Counted from the first letter of the stretch, positions 9,401 to 18,431 are shown. The stretch: DNA of 58,043 nt from a bacterium (GCA_043820875.1 JBDRDI010000039.1:1-58043), one strand, 5' to 3'. Numbers and translations are program-made. Notes: a model not told the origin generated them from the sequence alone.

Positions 9401-12400
9401 GCTCCGGAACAATTACAAGCAGCATCTTGTTCGGCTGCGGTGGAACCAGCGTCGGCGCAACCAGTACAATATCCAAAAGACGCACCATCGGAAGAAGTGC
9501 CACTGCCACATTCACCGGAACATTCAAGAAGCGGGCAACAATCTCTCGCGCTTTGGCCGACTTCACAACAGCATTCGCAAGAAGCGCCTTTTGTTTTTTG
9601 GCATTCGCCATTACTTTGACAAATTGAATTATCCGGACAAATATCACTGCTAAATACACAATCCCAATCGCCGTCATTGTCATAGTCTTGACAGGTAGAA
9701 CCTGTCGCGCATGCAGAACAAACCGCACCGACTTTTTGGCATCTACTCTTGCCACCACTATCTTTTATCCAGTCCGTGGGACAGGACGCGTAAGTGTCAA
9801 AATATAATTTTCCGGCTTCACAATAAGCTATTACCGGATCATTAAAAACATCTTGCGCGGCTTCGCGACAAGTTGAATCTGCGACCACACATCTATCAAT
9901 TGTATCGCGATAAACGCATCCTTGTGTAGAACAAAAAGAACAAGAATAATCACAAGTGACAAGAGTCTCGTAGACGCCTCCTTGGCTGGCTGAACAGCGC
10001 CCCGGAGAATTCGGACAATAGACAGAGTCAAAACATTGTGTGGAACCAAGACCTGAACAAGATTCGGTATTCGCCGGAACACATACACATGAATCATTAC
10101 ATTCATAATCAGCAGGACAGACACTATTGTCTTGGACGCAAAAATTTTGACTGCTGGAGCAAGATTCCGGAAGATCAACTCCAAGACCGGTGGAAAATCC
10201 CCACTCAAAAACCGAACTTTTAATATCCGGATAACAACCGACGCTGATATCGTCAACGCAATAACCTGCGTTATAAGTACCGACGGGGCAACAGCTTTGA
10301 ACTCCGCAAGCATCATCTGGGCTGGAAGCTTCCAGACAAGAACCGATTGAAAAATTCAAACCGTTACTTTCTGAGGCAGGGCTTCCTTTGGAAACTTTTA
10401 CCGGACCGGTGATTGCGGTCGCTGGAACCGTGGTGCGCGCTTCATCTGCTCCGGATTCAGCATCTTCCTCCCAGTTTAAAATCGCGCTTCCTGATTGTCT
10501 TTCATTTCTATAAAACAATATCGCGCTATCGTTTGTGGCCGCGTCAAAATATTCGCCGATAAAATTTATTTCACTGTCAGGCACGCCCATAACCGGACTG
10601 ATTTTACATAATCCGGGCGCAAGAAGCGCGGAACTATCATATAAAAAGAGAGGCGAAATTCCGCCGGTTCGTACAATATTTTTGGTATCCGCTTCTTTTC
10701 CATTTGCATCCACTTTTATATAAAAATTACTATCTGTAAAATCTGACAAATCAGGAGCCTTAACTATAATTTGATTATTGGTCCATAAAGATGCGGAACA
10801 AGCAGCTGGAAATTCGTAATCTGCTTCTTTTTCATTCCCTTCCGCATTAAAGAAAAACACTCTATATGTTTCCCCAATTTGAGAAGGAGAAGCATTGCCA
10901 AAATTACCGCCGGATATCGTCACATATTGACCGTCTCTCCCTTGTACAGGACTGAAAGAGATTATATACGGCCCGGAATAAGCGCTTTTTATTACCTCAA
11001 AATTAAAATAATTACTAAATGCTCCATTACCATTTAAAATAAAAGTTGTGGCTCGGCCGGAATTCAAATTCGGAACTACCGCGTTTATTCTTTCAGGTGA
11101 AACGAACACGGAATTAAACGCCGGAACAAAAGATGATGTATTTCCGAAGTTGGCTTGCGCGCTATTATTAAAACGCAAACCATGATATGTTATCGCGGTA
11201 TCGGCTGATCCGGATAATGGGTCCAAAGCGCAAATTCCCGGTCGGGCTATTTGATTTATTATAAAATTAAATATCGATCCGCGATTATCCATATTGGAAT
11301 CGGAACGTCCATCGACAGAAACTATTATTTTTGCCGAATTCACAAGATCAGGATTGACATTGGCAGGCACCACGACCAAAATCTGATTATCAGACCAATT
11401 GTTTTGGCAATTTGAATTTGTGGCTTGCGGATTCAATGCCAACTCACCGTTTATTGTTACGGTTCCGGCGGAATTTCCAAAAAATCTGCCATTGATTGTG
11501 ATCATACCTCCTGGAGAAGAATTCGCGGTTTCCAAATCACAGTTATTACTTTGGCAATCACCATCCTCTGCGCAAAAAGAATTTGTTGGATTACCGGCGC
11601 CGTCGCGACAGAATCCTCCTGCCGGCGATACGGAATCAATGCGTGGCGCGTTTTGACAAAGACAACAATTGTTTACTCCTGTCGCGTAATTCGCGGCCTG
11701 GCAATCGGCTGTTGAAGCAGAACATTCGCACAAGTCAGAGGCACAACGATTATTATTTAAATTACAATCAATTTGATTACTTGCGCAATCATCGTTCAAA
11801 CTGTTCCCGCAGGCCGCGCCGGAGCAAGAAGCGCAATCTTGCCCACCGCAATCTATACCGGTTTCGTTTTCATCCAATATGTTATTGCAACAATGCGCCG
11901 CTCTTAAAACAAAATTTTTCTCCGCTGACGCGGTATTGCTGTCCAAATCGGAAGCGGTGGCATTAATCGCGTAAGATCGACCAGCGGAATAGGCTGGCTC
12001 TTCCGGCTGCCAAATAATTGTTCCCAATCCTTCCGTCCACCAATTGATTCCTTGTCCGCAAGGAGAAGAATCACAACCAATAATAAATGGCGGGGTATCT
12101 TGAAATGGTGAAGGAATTTGCAATGCTCCGCCATTCTCTTCTTCTTTAAATTCAACTTGGGAAACTCCGCTGTCGTCATTGGCGCTAAACCCAAGCTGGT
12201 TCGGCGCACCAAGACAAAGTTGACTATCAGACAATATGGCCACTGACGGTTTGGCGCAATCAATTTGATCGCTGGTGTTAAACGTTAAATCACAAGAATT
12301 ATTTTCGTTAAGTCCGCAGGAAAGTGTTGTCCCGCCGACATCCAATATTCCTCCTTGGCCGTTTAACGCGTTAACATTTATGGTTTGGCCGGGTTCAAAA

Positions 12401-13062
12401 CAACGAGTTGCTCCACAATCATTTTGAGGACAATCGCCACTGGGAATAAATTCAATATATCGTCCGGCAATATTATATGTTCCGTTCACATTACCGTTTT
12501 CGTCACTTAAAACAAATGAAGAAGCGGAAACCGTGTCAGCATCAACATCACGAGAAAAATAATATCTAACCACTGTGTTTATGGGGTAAATGCCGTTACC
12601 CGGGCTTTTTGAAAGAACGGAAAATGATTCACCGGATTGCGTTATTTCTCCGCCATCGCCGGGATCTGTCCCGTCGGAAGAAGTTCCCCCCAAGGAGCTT
12701 TGCATTTGATTCAATACCCACGAGACTATCAAAAACGCGCTCATAATAATAACTAAACCGATGACTGCATTGATTAAAGTTTTTTTGGCCGTTTCCATTT
12801 TTTGCGAGTCGCCGGCGCTGGTCATCCAAAGAAAGCCTCCATATAATATAATAATCGTCGCTATAATTCCTAAAAATGTCAAAGCGATGCGCACAATATT
12901 AACGGCCACGACTCGCGGATCAGAATCCCCGCCTCCCAAGCCAACATTATTGGCGTAATTCAATCCGAAATCGCTTGATTGCGCAAAAGCAAAATTTACA
13001 GCCCCAAAAACAGCAACTGCGATTATAGCAAAAATAAAAATTTTACTTGCTTTTTTAAACAT
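6484..13062 (-). CDS. Giant (2192 aa) Cys-rich surface protein: signal peptide, TrbC/VirB2-like pilin domain, Ig-like and IPT/TIG domains, disulfide-rich repeats, C-terminal FN3 repeats
   Basis: Two-TM pilin-like block LGIIATIIILYGGFLWMTSAGD...AKKTLINAVIGLVII; Big_5-like PINTVVRYYFSRDVD and RNAIISVEFDQKMD; IPT-like PRIDSVSP, ITINGRFFG, VTISGGNFG; FN3-like WDSVPDADSYVIYYG, LDWS and YYFRIKSFN. Confidence 0.75.
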   Translation of the reverse strand: MFKKASKIFIFAIIAVAVFGAVNFAFAQSSDFGLNYANNVGLGGGDSDPRVVAVNIVRIALTFLGIIATIIILYGGFLWMTSAGDSQKMETAKKTLINAVIGLVIIMSAFLIVSWVLNQMQSSLGGTSSDGTDPGDGGEITQSGESFSVLSKSPGNGIYPINTVVRYYFSRDVDADTVSASSFVLSDENGNVNGTYNIAGRYIEFIPSGDCPQNDCGATRCFEPGQTINVNALNGQGGILDVGGTTLSCGLNENNSCDLTFNTSDQIDCAKPSVAILSDSQLCLGAPNQLGFSANDDSGVSQVEFKEEENGGALQIPSPFQDTPPFIIGCDSSPCGQGINWWTEGLGTIIWQPEEPAYSAGRSYAINATASDLDSNTASAEKNFVLRAAHCCNNILDENETGIDCGGQDCASCSGAACGNSLNDDCASNQIDCNLNNNRCASDLCECSASTADCQAANYATGVNNCCLCQNAPRIDSVSPAGGFCRDGAGNPTNSFCAEDGDCQSNNCDLETANSSPGGMITINGRFFGNSAGTVTINGELALNPQATNSNCQNNWSDNQILVVVPANVNPDLVNSAKIIVSVDGRSDSNMDNRGSIFNFIINQIARPGICALDPLSGSADTAITYHGLRFNNSAQANFGNTSSFVPAFNSVFVSPERINAVVPNLNSGRATTFILNGNGAFSNYFNFEVIKSAYSGPYIISFSPVQGRDGQYVTISGGNFGNASPSQIGETYRVFFFNAEGNEKEADYEFPAACSASLWTNNQIIVKAPDLSDFTDSNFYIKVDANGKEADTKNIVRTGGISPLFLYDSSALLAPGLCKISPVMGVPDSEINFIGEYFDAATNDSAILFYRNERQSGSAILNWEEDAESGADEARTTVPATAITGPVKVSKGSPASESNGLNFSIGSCLEASSPDDACGVQSCCPVGTYNAGYCVDDISVGCYPDIKSSVFEWGFSTGLGVDLPESCSSSQNFCVQDNSVCPADYECNDSCVCVPANTESCSGLGSTQCFDSVYCPNSPGRCSASQGGVYETLVTCDYSCSFCSTQGCVYRDTIDRCVVADSTCREAAQDVFNDPVIAYCEAGKLYFDTYASCPTDWIKDSGGKSRCQKVGAVCSACATGSTCQDYDNDGDWDCVFSSDICPDNSICQSNGECQKTKGASCECCCEVGQSARDCCPLLECSGECGSGTSSDGASFGYCTGCADAGSTAAEQDAACNCSGASGKYCDTSSADYPQGVCRDCGALSTSNECSTHSQYCCVDNMKNSACRGVDEDESSIPGGNGLAYCPYYDCTQTDPITCENSPDISGTYKSLDICSSKCGNGGSIGGQSCFDESTGNCGLLCSNPYSCIGESGCAGGNCVPNDTTCSCCCDTSASPDSCTNINSILDCREAEPCAGGQRGLCCGCSDDSQCAPSGEAELAGCGRDTCCRARPNVVSVAPTETAPTDNAVNICRNAIISVEFDQKMDVSSFSGNIIIVGDYGADLCPDDTTYISLNDLNKNKNKFIIANIFSRLAKSIYSIFPIESAVAYETPDPTHNFCAITGATGGYNNAAEHGILEFKPNKVLDGDRRYYVIVKGDKNLDSSEGVKNYWGIGMNGNDTETMSGAQFSRAHISMFTTMPEQARNNGVCEISRVEVNPSSYLFQTTTNDLDEIDTNPNDSTFDTARDRDKLFIAQSLSANGQKLVSLPGVYSWIWDWSIGNEDIVKDISPAVLVGSNRVLIQAVDGITDWRTSVSATANVVTSSASFTGQADVYVFICDNPWPPIDSDGFWSPWKDASGNCNPPSASCGNTNYEIYYCRDAGVTGTYDDLPAILSGSTLIKGKSEWRCRGGFYNNELCADESSCAVPNVPTTNISCVSGHCQTDLIDGGTCAYDADCQKKGICDGVFKEAYYFRESVPVIGDLILYNVSDSQTEEGDNAAFWWDSVPDADSYVIYYGKASGSYSDNISVSETKNHSEFSPYYIFSLEKGATYYFVISAKNSITGAESELSSEISVKIQDTASPVIVNGNLFKAVPGDKNIDLDWSETKDATLAANNDLAGFRVFWAEKSATDYANKSDIGLEWGAIISDVKNGVIYKVAIAAYDTSGNFSEKAELVNLAPFATPSNPSAKAGTEDGTIDLNWTLPAEGVAGVIIESRTASSQEWTRETIDHRVETYSVANLNSGITYYFRIKSFNQANIESAPTGEVSVAAK

Positions 13063-13121
13063 GACGCTGATTTATATCTTAAAATATTTATAAATAACTG
13101 AAGACCGAGGACTGGGGACTG

Positions 13122-15833
13122 TTATAAGCAGTTCCCTTCTGCGTCCAAATCCGCCGTACTGCTCCCGTCACAACAAGAAGGCGAAGCGGAATTGGCAGAG
13201 CAACCAGGGCCGGCACTTGGCTTGTAACAATTTTGATAAACATCACGCACGCCCGAACCGATTTGTGTTCTGACACCGGTATTGCCACCAAAATCCGTAT
13301 GTCTGATTTCCACAGCGGTTTTGTCCAGCTCACTGCTTGCTCCGGAATCACTGTTTATTCCCTCGCTTGCTATCCAATAACCAACTGCCAAATTATTTAA
13401 ATTCCAAAGATTTATATTTTTATGCCTGACTACTGTCCCATTGTTAACGCTTACTTCCCTAATGCCTGTTGCCAAGCTGGAATTCATCATTACTTTGTTG
13501 AATTGAATTTTTACCGGTTCAATTTGTGAGACTCCGTTTTGCCCATAATCCGGACTTATTGATTCAATTTGTGGAGACGATGCGTCCAATACGTTACTAA
13601 TAAAAAACGACCAGCTGTAATTATCGCCACTCCCCGTCCAGTTATTTTCATTATAATATTCAACCGGACCTTCGGCTTCTTCGCTTCTGTCGCCGTCAAG
13701 AGAGTTTCTGGCCGCATCCATAATACCGTCAAAATTCAATGACGACATCGGATAATTTTTTTGAAGAGAGTCACTGCGACAATGTCCGCTTTCACAAACG
13801 TTATATGGAGAGAAAGGCAGACAATCATTATTATCGGAACAAGCTATCAAGTTGGCCGCGTTTAATTCAACACGCAAATTGCTGTTTTCCGGCAAACAAT
13901 AAATTTCCTCGCCACAGCCGTTGACCCCGCAAATATTACTGGAAATAAATTCAACTGTTTTATATACATTTGATATAACAAATTTTCCGGATAAATAATC
14001 ATTCCTGCAAACTCCGGCCGAACAATCATATGAAAGACAATCGCTATTTGTTGAGCATGCCTCGCCGGCGTGAACAACGCCGGAATTATTATTAACCACT
14101 CTGATACGATCGCTTACTTCGTCCGCGCCACCTGACACGACAGAAGGCATAATCGCTTCATTAAAATTAATCTGGATTACGGAATTTTTTGGCTTATCGC
14201 TTTTGTCGCGCACGCTCACTGAAACGCCTTGGTCTTTACCATCGCTTAAATATCCGGTCAAAGGAACAATAAGACCGGAAGAATTTGATGACACTTTAAT
14301 ATGGTTGCCAACGGCTCCGGCAATCTTGGCGATTATGGTAATCATGTTTCCGGAATAGTTGGCCGATACACTTGGATTGGCCGGCGAATCAGATGTTCCG
14401 TTGATAACATTGGAAATATTTTGAGCAGTAATTGCCGTTGTTCCTCCCAAAGGAATTTGCCCAACAGCAAGATTTGTTGCTCCAGCCGGAACAAAAGAAT
14501 AAATAATTGAACCGACTGTCAAAATATCAGACTCGCGAAACGGAGTCACGGCAATGCTCCAACTTTGTCCGGCTGTATATTCTTGCGGCAAGCGCAATGT
14601 AAAAAAAGAAGAAAAAACAACCGTATTATTATTTCCAACAGTAGACGCGCCCAACGGACCGGAACTTCCGCTCAGTGAAATTGTCTTTGCGTCTTGCTCC
14701 ACAGCCAAGGTTAAATTACCGGATTGATTATGTCTTTCATTGATTGATATTATTTCCAAACCTGACACTGGAGCGTTTATACTGGCTGTCGCTTTGACCA
14801 AGGCAAGTGGCTGACTATTGACCGTAATGTTGCCCGAAGCCCTCGCGGAGGCGCTGGCCGTAAAAACATCTTGTTCATTATCCGGAGGTGGAAAAATTCC
14901 ACTTTGCAAAACTTGTGGTGGATCCAAATCAATTCTATTGCTTACTTCAAAACTCCAGAGAAGATAATCCAAACTGCAATGAGCGAATATTCCTTGTCCA
15001 CCGGAATTTTCAACCGCGTTGGATATATAAACCGAATACCAAATATATTCCGAAGGCGAACCCAAATAATTGGCCGGAATAAATACAAAAGTACGATTAT
15101 CATTACTTACTGCTATTAAATCGGCTACCAAACTGTTACAAACCGTGCCGTTAACACAACTATCTGTTTCGTTTCTATAAAATATTTTCACACTTGGATC
15201 GTCTCCGCCCGTGATTGCCCGGTCGCAATTCGCGCCAACGCAATCACAATATGTTCCATTATTATTGGTATCTTGGCAAACTGTTTGAGGATTAATGTCT
15301 TCTTTAAATGTCACTATGATTGAAGTATTTCTGGCCACTTCTTTTTGATTCACTTCCGGATAAACCGTTTCCACCGAGCAAGAGCCAATTGCTCCATATC
15401 CGGACACTGTCCCGGGCTGATTGATTCCACCTTGTTGCCGTTGTCCATCCGGACCCAAATTATTCAATACCCAACTGACAATCAAAAACGCGCACATAAT
15501 AATAATCATGCCAATAATTGCATTGATTAAAGTTTGTTTGGCTTTTCTTATTTTTTCTTCATCTCCTTGACTGGTCATCCAAAGCCAGCCGGCATACATA
15601 ATAATTACTACCGCAATAATTCCTAAAAACGTCAAAATAAGCTGCAAAATTCTCACGGCCACTACTCGCGGGTCAGAATCTCCTCCACCTAATCCCACAT
15701 TATTGGCATAATTCAATCCAAAATCAGTATTTTGCGCCATTGCAAAATGAGCCGTGGCAAAAAGAGACACGGCGACTATAAATAAAATTAAAATTTTTGT
15801 TTTTATGCTATTCTTTTTCACCATAAAAAACAC
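13122..15833 (-). CDS. 903-aa surface protein: signal peptide, TrbC/VirB2-like pilin domain, Ig-like (Big_5-type) domains and Cys-rich inserts
   Basis: Pilin block FLGIIAVVIIMYAGWLWMTSQGD.EKIRKAKQTLINAIIG; YPEVNQKEVARNTSIIVTFKEDI, NSVIQINFNEAI, SPDYGQNGVSQIEPVKIQFNKVM. The start may be a few codons downstream (MVKKN). Confidence 0.75.
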   Translation of the reverse strand: MFFMVKKNSIKTKILILFIVAVSLFATAHFAMAQNTDFGLNYANNVGLGGGDSDPRVVAVRILQLILTFLGIIAVVIIMYAGWLWMTSQGDEEKIRKAKQTLINAIIGMIIIMCAFLIVSWVLNNLGPDGQRQQGGINQPGTVSGYGAIGSCSVETVYPEVNQKEVARNTSIIVTFKEDINPQTVCQDTNNNGTYCDCVGANCDRAITGGDDPSVKIFYRNETDSCVNGTVCNSLVADLIAVSNDNRTFVFIPANYLGSPSEYIWYSVYISNAVENSGGQGIFAHCSLDYLLWSFEVSNRIDLDPPQVLQSGIFPPPDNEQDVFTASASARASGNITVNSQPLALVKATASINAPVSGLEIISINERHNQSGNLTLAVEQDAKTISLSGSSGPLGASTVGNNNTVVFSSFFTLRLPQEYTAGQSWSIAVTPFRESDILTVGSIIYSFVPAGATNLAVGQIPLGGTTAITAQNISNVINGTSDSPANPSVSANYSGNMITIIAKIAGAVGNHIKVSSNSSGLIVPLTGYLSDGKDQGVSVSVRDKSDKPKNSVIQINFNEAIMPSVVSGGADEVSDRIRVVNNNSGVVHAGEACSTNSDCLSYDCSAGVCRNDYLSGKFVISNVYKTVEFISSNICGVNGCGEEIYCLPENSNLRVELNAANLIACSDNNDCLPFSPYNVCESGHCRSDSLQKNYPMSSLNFDGIMDAARNSLDGDRSEEAEGPVEYYNENNWTGSGDNYSWSFFISNVLDASSPQIESISPDYGQNGVSQIEPVKIQFNKVMMNSSLATGIREVSVNNGTVVRHKNINLWNLNNLAVGYWIASEGINSDSGASSELDKTAVEIRHTDFGGNTGVRTQIGSGVRDVYQNCYKPSAGPGCSANSASPSCCDGSSTADLDAEGNCL

Positions 15834-15871
15834 AAAAATATTTGACTAATCCACAGTTATATAATAATATT

Positions 15872-15880
15872 ATTATAACA
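15872..15880 (-). promoter_or_regulatory. Extended -10 element (TGnTATAAT) upstream of the pilin-fusion operon
   Basis: The minus strand reads TGTTATAAT about 40 bp upstream of the 903-aa ORF, in the divergent intergenic region. Confidence 0.4.
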
Positions 15881-15949
15881 CAAAAAACAAAAAAAACACA
15901 ACCAAAAAATAATAGCTTCAGCAAAAATCATAAACAATAATTTAAATTT

Positions 15950-17431
15950 ATGACCATCGACAGGATAATTGCCAAAGTTCTTGAAAACGATCCGCATTCT
16001 GACACGGATCTTTTGCAGTTGGCTTATGATTTCGCGAAAAAAGCGCATGAAGGGCAAAAAAGAAAGAATGGCGAACAATATATTCAGCACGGCCTGCACA
16101 CTGCTTTTCTTTTGACGCAGATGCGAGCTGACTTGAACACCGTAATTGCCGGAATTTTGCACGATGTTCCCGAAGATACAAATTATTCGCTGGAAGATAT
16201 TAAAAAAAATTTTGGCGATGAGGTGGCCAAATTGGTGGAGGGAATTACAAAATTAAGTAAAATAAAATATCACGGTGTTAAAAGACAAAGAGAAAATTTA
16301 CGCAAAATGTTTATTGCCATGGCGCGCGACTTACGAGTAATAATTATAAAATTCTGTGACCGCCTTCATAATTTAAGAACTTTGGAAGCTCACAAAGAAG
16401 AAGAAAAAAGAACGCGCATCGCCCAAGAGACAATGGAAATTTACGCACCAATCGCCGGACTTTTAGGAATCTGGCGGTTAAAATGGCAGATGGAAGATAT
16501 TTGTTTTAAGTATTTAAACCCCAAGGAATATAAAGAACTGGAATATAAATATGAAATTGATAAAAAAACAGAACGCAACCAATACATTCAAAAAATAAAA
16601 AATATTTTAGGAAAAAGTTTAAAAGAATCCGGCATTGAATATAGAATTGACGGTCGATTCAAACACTTATACAGCATTTATAAAAAAATGCGCATCAAAG
16701 ATTATAAATTTGATGAAATTTATGACGTATTCGCCCTGCGCGTTATTGTACCGACAGTCTCAGACTGTTACAAAACGCTGGGCGTAATTCACTCCACGTG
16801 GAAGCCAAAAGCGGATCGGATCAAAGATTATATTGCCATGCCAAAACCAAACGGCTACCGCGGTTTGCACACTACTGTTTTCGCTCCGGAAAAAAAATCC
16901 GTGGAGTTTCAAATTAGAACGCAGGAAATGCACGAAGAAGCTTTGTATGGAATCGCCGCTCATTGGTATTACAGCAAACAAAAATCAGGAAACAAAACCG
17001 ACTATTTCAAACAACCCAGATGGGTCAAGGAAATATTAAACATCCAAAAAAGAGCCTTGGACACAAATGAATTTATCCAAGAAATAAAAATGGATATCTT
17101 TAATGATCGCATATTTGTTTTGTCTCCCAAGGGCGACGTGTTTGATTTGGTTGACGGCTCAACACCAATTGATTTCGCGTACGCGGTGCACACTGAAATT
17201 GGCAATAAAGCAACCAGCGCCCGCGTCAACGATAAAATGACGCCGCTCGATCAAAAATTAAGCAATGGCGATGTGGTGGAAATAATTATTGAAAAAAATC
17301 GAAAAAACCCAAACCAAGATTGGCTGAAATTCGTGAAATCCAACCGAGCAAAAGAAAAAATAAAATCATTCTCCAAGACATCGCGTTTTGAGCAGATTAA
17401 AAAAATTATTCCCGGGATACAGCGGAAATAA
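15950..17431 (+). CDS. rel: RelA/SpoT homologue (HD hydrolase, synthetase and TGS domains; no ACT domain)
   Basis: H.GQKRK.GE.YI.H; LHDVPED; IKFCDRLHNLRTL; GRFKHLYSIYKKM; DVFALRV; KDYIAMPKPNGYRGLHT; EFQIRT; TGS motif GSTPIDFAYAVHTEIG. Confidence 0.93.
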   Translation: MTIDRIIAKVLENDPHSDTDLLQLAYDFAKKAHEGQKRKNGEQYIQHGLHTAFLLTQMRADLNTVIAGILHDVPEDTNYSLEDIKKNFGDEVAKLVEGITKLSKIKYHGVKRQRENLRKMFIAMARDLRVIIIKFCDRLHNLRTLEAHKEEEKRTRIAQETMEIYAPIAGLLGIWRLKWQMEDICFKYLNPKEYKELEYKYEIDKKTERNQYIQKIKNILGKSLKESGIEYRIDGRFKHLYSIYKKMRIKDYKFDEIYDVFALRVIVPTVSDCYKTLGVIHSTWKPKADRIKDYIAMPKPNGYRGLHTTVFAPEKKSVEFQIRTQEMHEEALYGIAAHWYYSKQKSGNKTDYFKQPRWVKEILNIQKRALDTNEFIQEIKMDIFNDRIFVLSPKGDVFDLVDGSTPIDFAYAVHTEIGNKATSARVNDKMTPLDQKLSNGDVVEIIIEKNRKNPNQDWLKFVKSNRAKEKIKSFSKTSRFEQIKKIIPGIQRK

Positions 17432-17500
17432 AAAAATACCGCATTTTTGTAGAGACAGGTTTCAAACCTGTCTCTACAAAAATGCGGTATTTTTTTATTT
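17426..17500. repeat. 75-bp perfect palindrome centred on REP core GTAGAGACAGGTTT-C-AAACCTGTCTCTAC; probably also a bidirectional terminator
   Basis: 37-bp arms pair perfectly around position 17463; lies between convergent rel and yqeY. Confidence 0.9.
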
Positions 17501-17949
17501 TATTCTGACAAAATCTTTTTGACAATCGCGTTGATTGCTCCTCCGTCCGCCTGACCTTTCAACTTGCCCATTACCGCTCCCATTGCTTTTCCCAAATCAT
17601 TTGCGGAAAATTCTCCTGAACTTATAATTTCTCGCGCGATTTTTTTAATTTCTTCCTCGCTCATCTGTTCCGGAACATATTTTGTTAAAATTTCTATTTC
17701 TTTTTTTTCCTTATCTGCCAAATCCGGACGAGAACCTTGCTCATAAGCAAGAATAGAATCTTTTCTTTTTTTTATTTCTGTTTTTATCACTGCCACAATT
17801 TGTTCATCGTTCAGATCATCACCTTGTTTCAATTCTATTTTTTTATTCTTAATGGTGGCAATAATCATACGCAAGGTTGATAATTCCAACTCGTTTTTAA
17901 CGCGCATAGCATCTTTCAAGTTGTTATTTATTTCTTCGAATTTTGACAT
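17500..17949 (-). CDS. yqeY: GatB/YqeY domain protein
   Basis: LKDAMRVK...LSTLRM...EIKKRKDSI.AYEQG.R.DLA.KE..EI.IL..Y.PEQMS...GKAMG.VM. Start re-assigned to MSKFEE because the longer ORF start lies inside a palindrome. Confidence 0.88.
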   Translation of the reverse strand: MSKFEEINNNLKDAMRVKNELELSTLRMIIATIKNKKIELKQGDDLNDEQIVAVIKTEIKKRKDSILAYEQGSRPDLADKEKKEIEILTKYVPEQMSEEEIKKIAREIISSGEFSANDLGKAMGAVMGKLKGQADGGAINAIVKKILSE

Positions 17950-17973
17950 AAAAATTTTATGATGAAATTCCAA

Positions 17974-18041
17974 CGCTTTTTTCCGCTTTTTTGTTAGGCT
18001 GGGTTTTAAAACCCAGCCTAACAAAAAAGCGGAAAAAAGCG
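17974..18041. repeat. 68-bp perfect palindrome centred on core GTTAGGCTGGGTTTTAAAACCCAGCCTAAC
   Basis: 34-bp arms; the same 30-bp core recurs at about 39182 and 44590. Confidence 0.9.
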
Positions 18042-18052
18042 CGGTTTAATTT

Positions 18053-18289
18053 TTACCATCTGCCCTTCGGCTCTTCTTTTAATTTTCCTGTTTTCTTTAA
18101 ATACTCTCTTTTCGCGCGCAACTTTAAACCAGTCAAGGCACGTTCTTTCTGCTTGTTCTTGTTTCTTTTTGGAACGACATGCTGTTTGGCACGCACTTCT
18201 TTTAATTTTCTGCTTTTTATCAAGGTTTTGTTGAATCTTCTTAAAAAGCTTTCAAAATTTTCGCCCTTTTTTCTTTTAAATTCAACCAT
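18053..18289 (-). CDS. rpsU: 30S ribosomal protein S21
   Basis: VEFKRKKGENFESFLRRF, basic C-terminus; lies upstream of yqeY, a conserved rpsU-yqeY order. Confidence 0.85.
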   Translation of the reverse strand: MVEFKRKKGENFESFLRRFNKTLIKSRKLKEVRAKQHVVPKRNKNKQKERALTGLKLRAKREYLKKTGKLKEEPKGRW

Positions 18290-18322
18290 GGTAAACACCT
18301 TCCTCTCTAGTTAATAATAATT

Positions 18323-18430
18323 ATGATGCAAATCTACAAATATAATGCGAATCTACAAATGAATGCGAATTTACGAATACGTGAATTATAATATTTGTAG
18401 ATTCAAATATCATTCGTAGATTTGCATCAT
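18323..18430. repeat. 108-bp element with 15-bp terminal inverted repeats and internal direct/inverted ATGCGAATCTACAAAT-like units
   Basis: ATGATGCAAATCTAC (18323-18337) is the exact reverse complement of 18416-18430; direct units at about 18326, 18345 and 18363; inverted units at about 18393 and 18412. Confidence 0.75.
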
Positions 18431-18431
18431 G

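Noticed and set aside
6484-15833. Conjugative type IV secretion locus
   Set aside because: Only pilin-like domains are present; no VirB4, VirD4 or relaxase in the window.
17950-18024. ORF-track N-terminal extension of yqeY (MLGWVLKPSL...) and the mirror ORF at 17991+
   Set aside because: Artefacts of translating the perfect palindrome.
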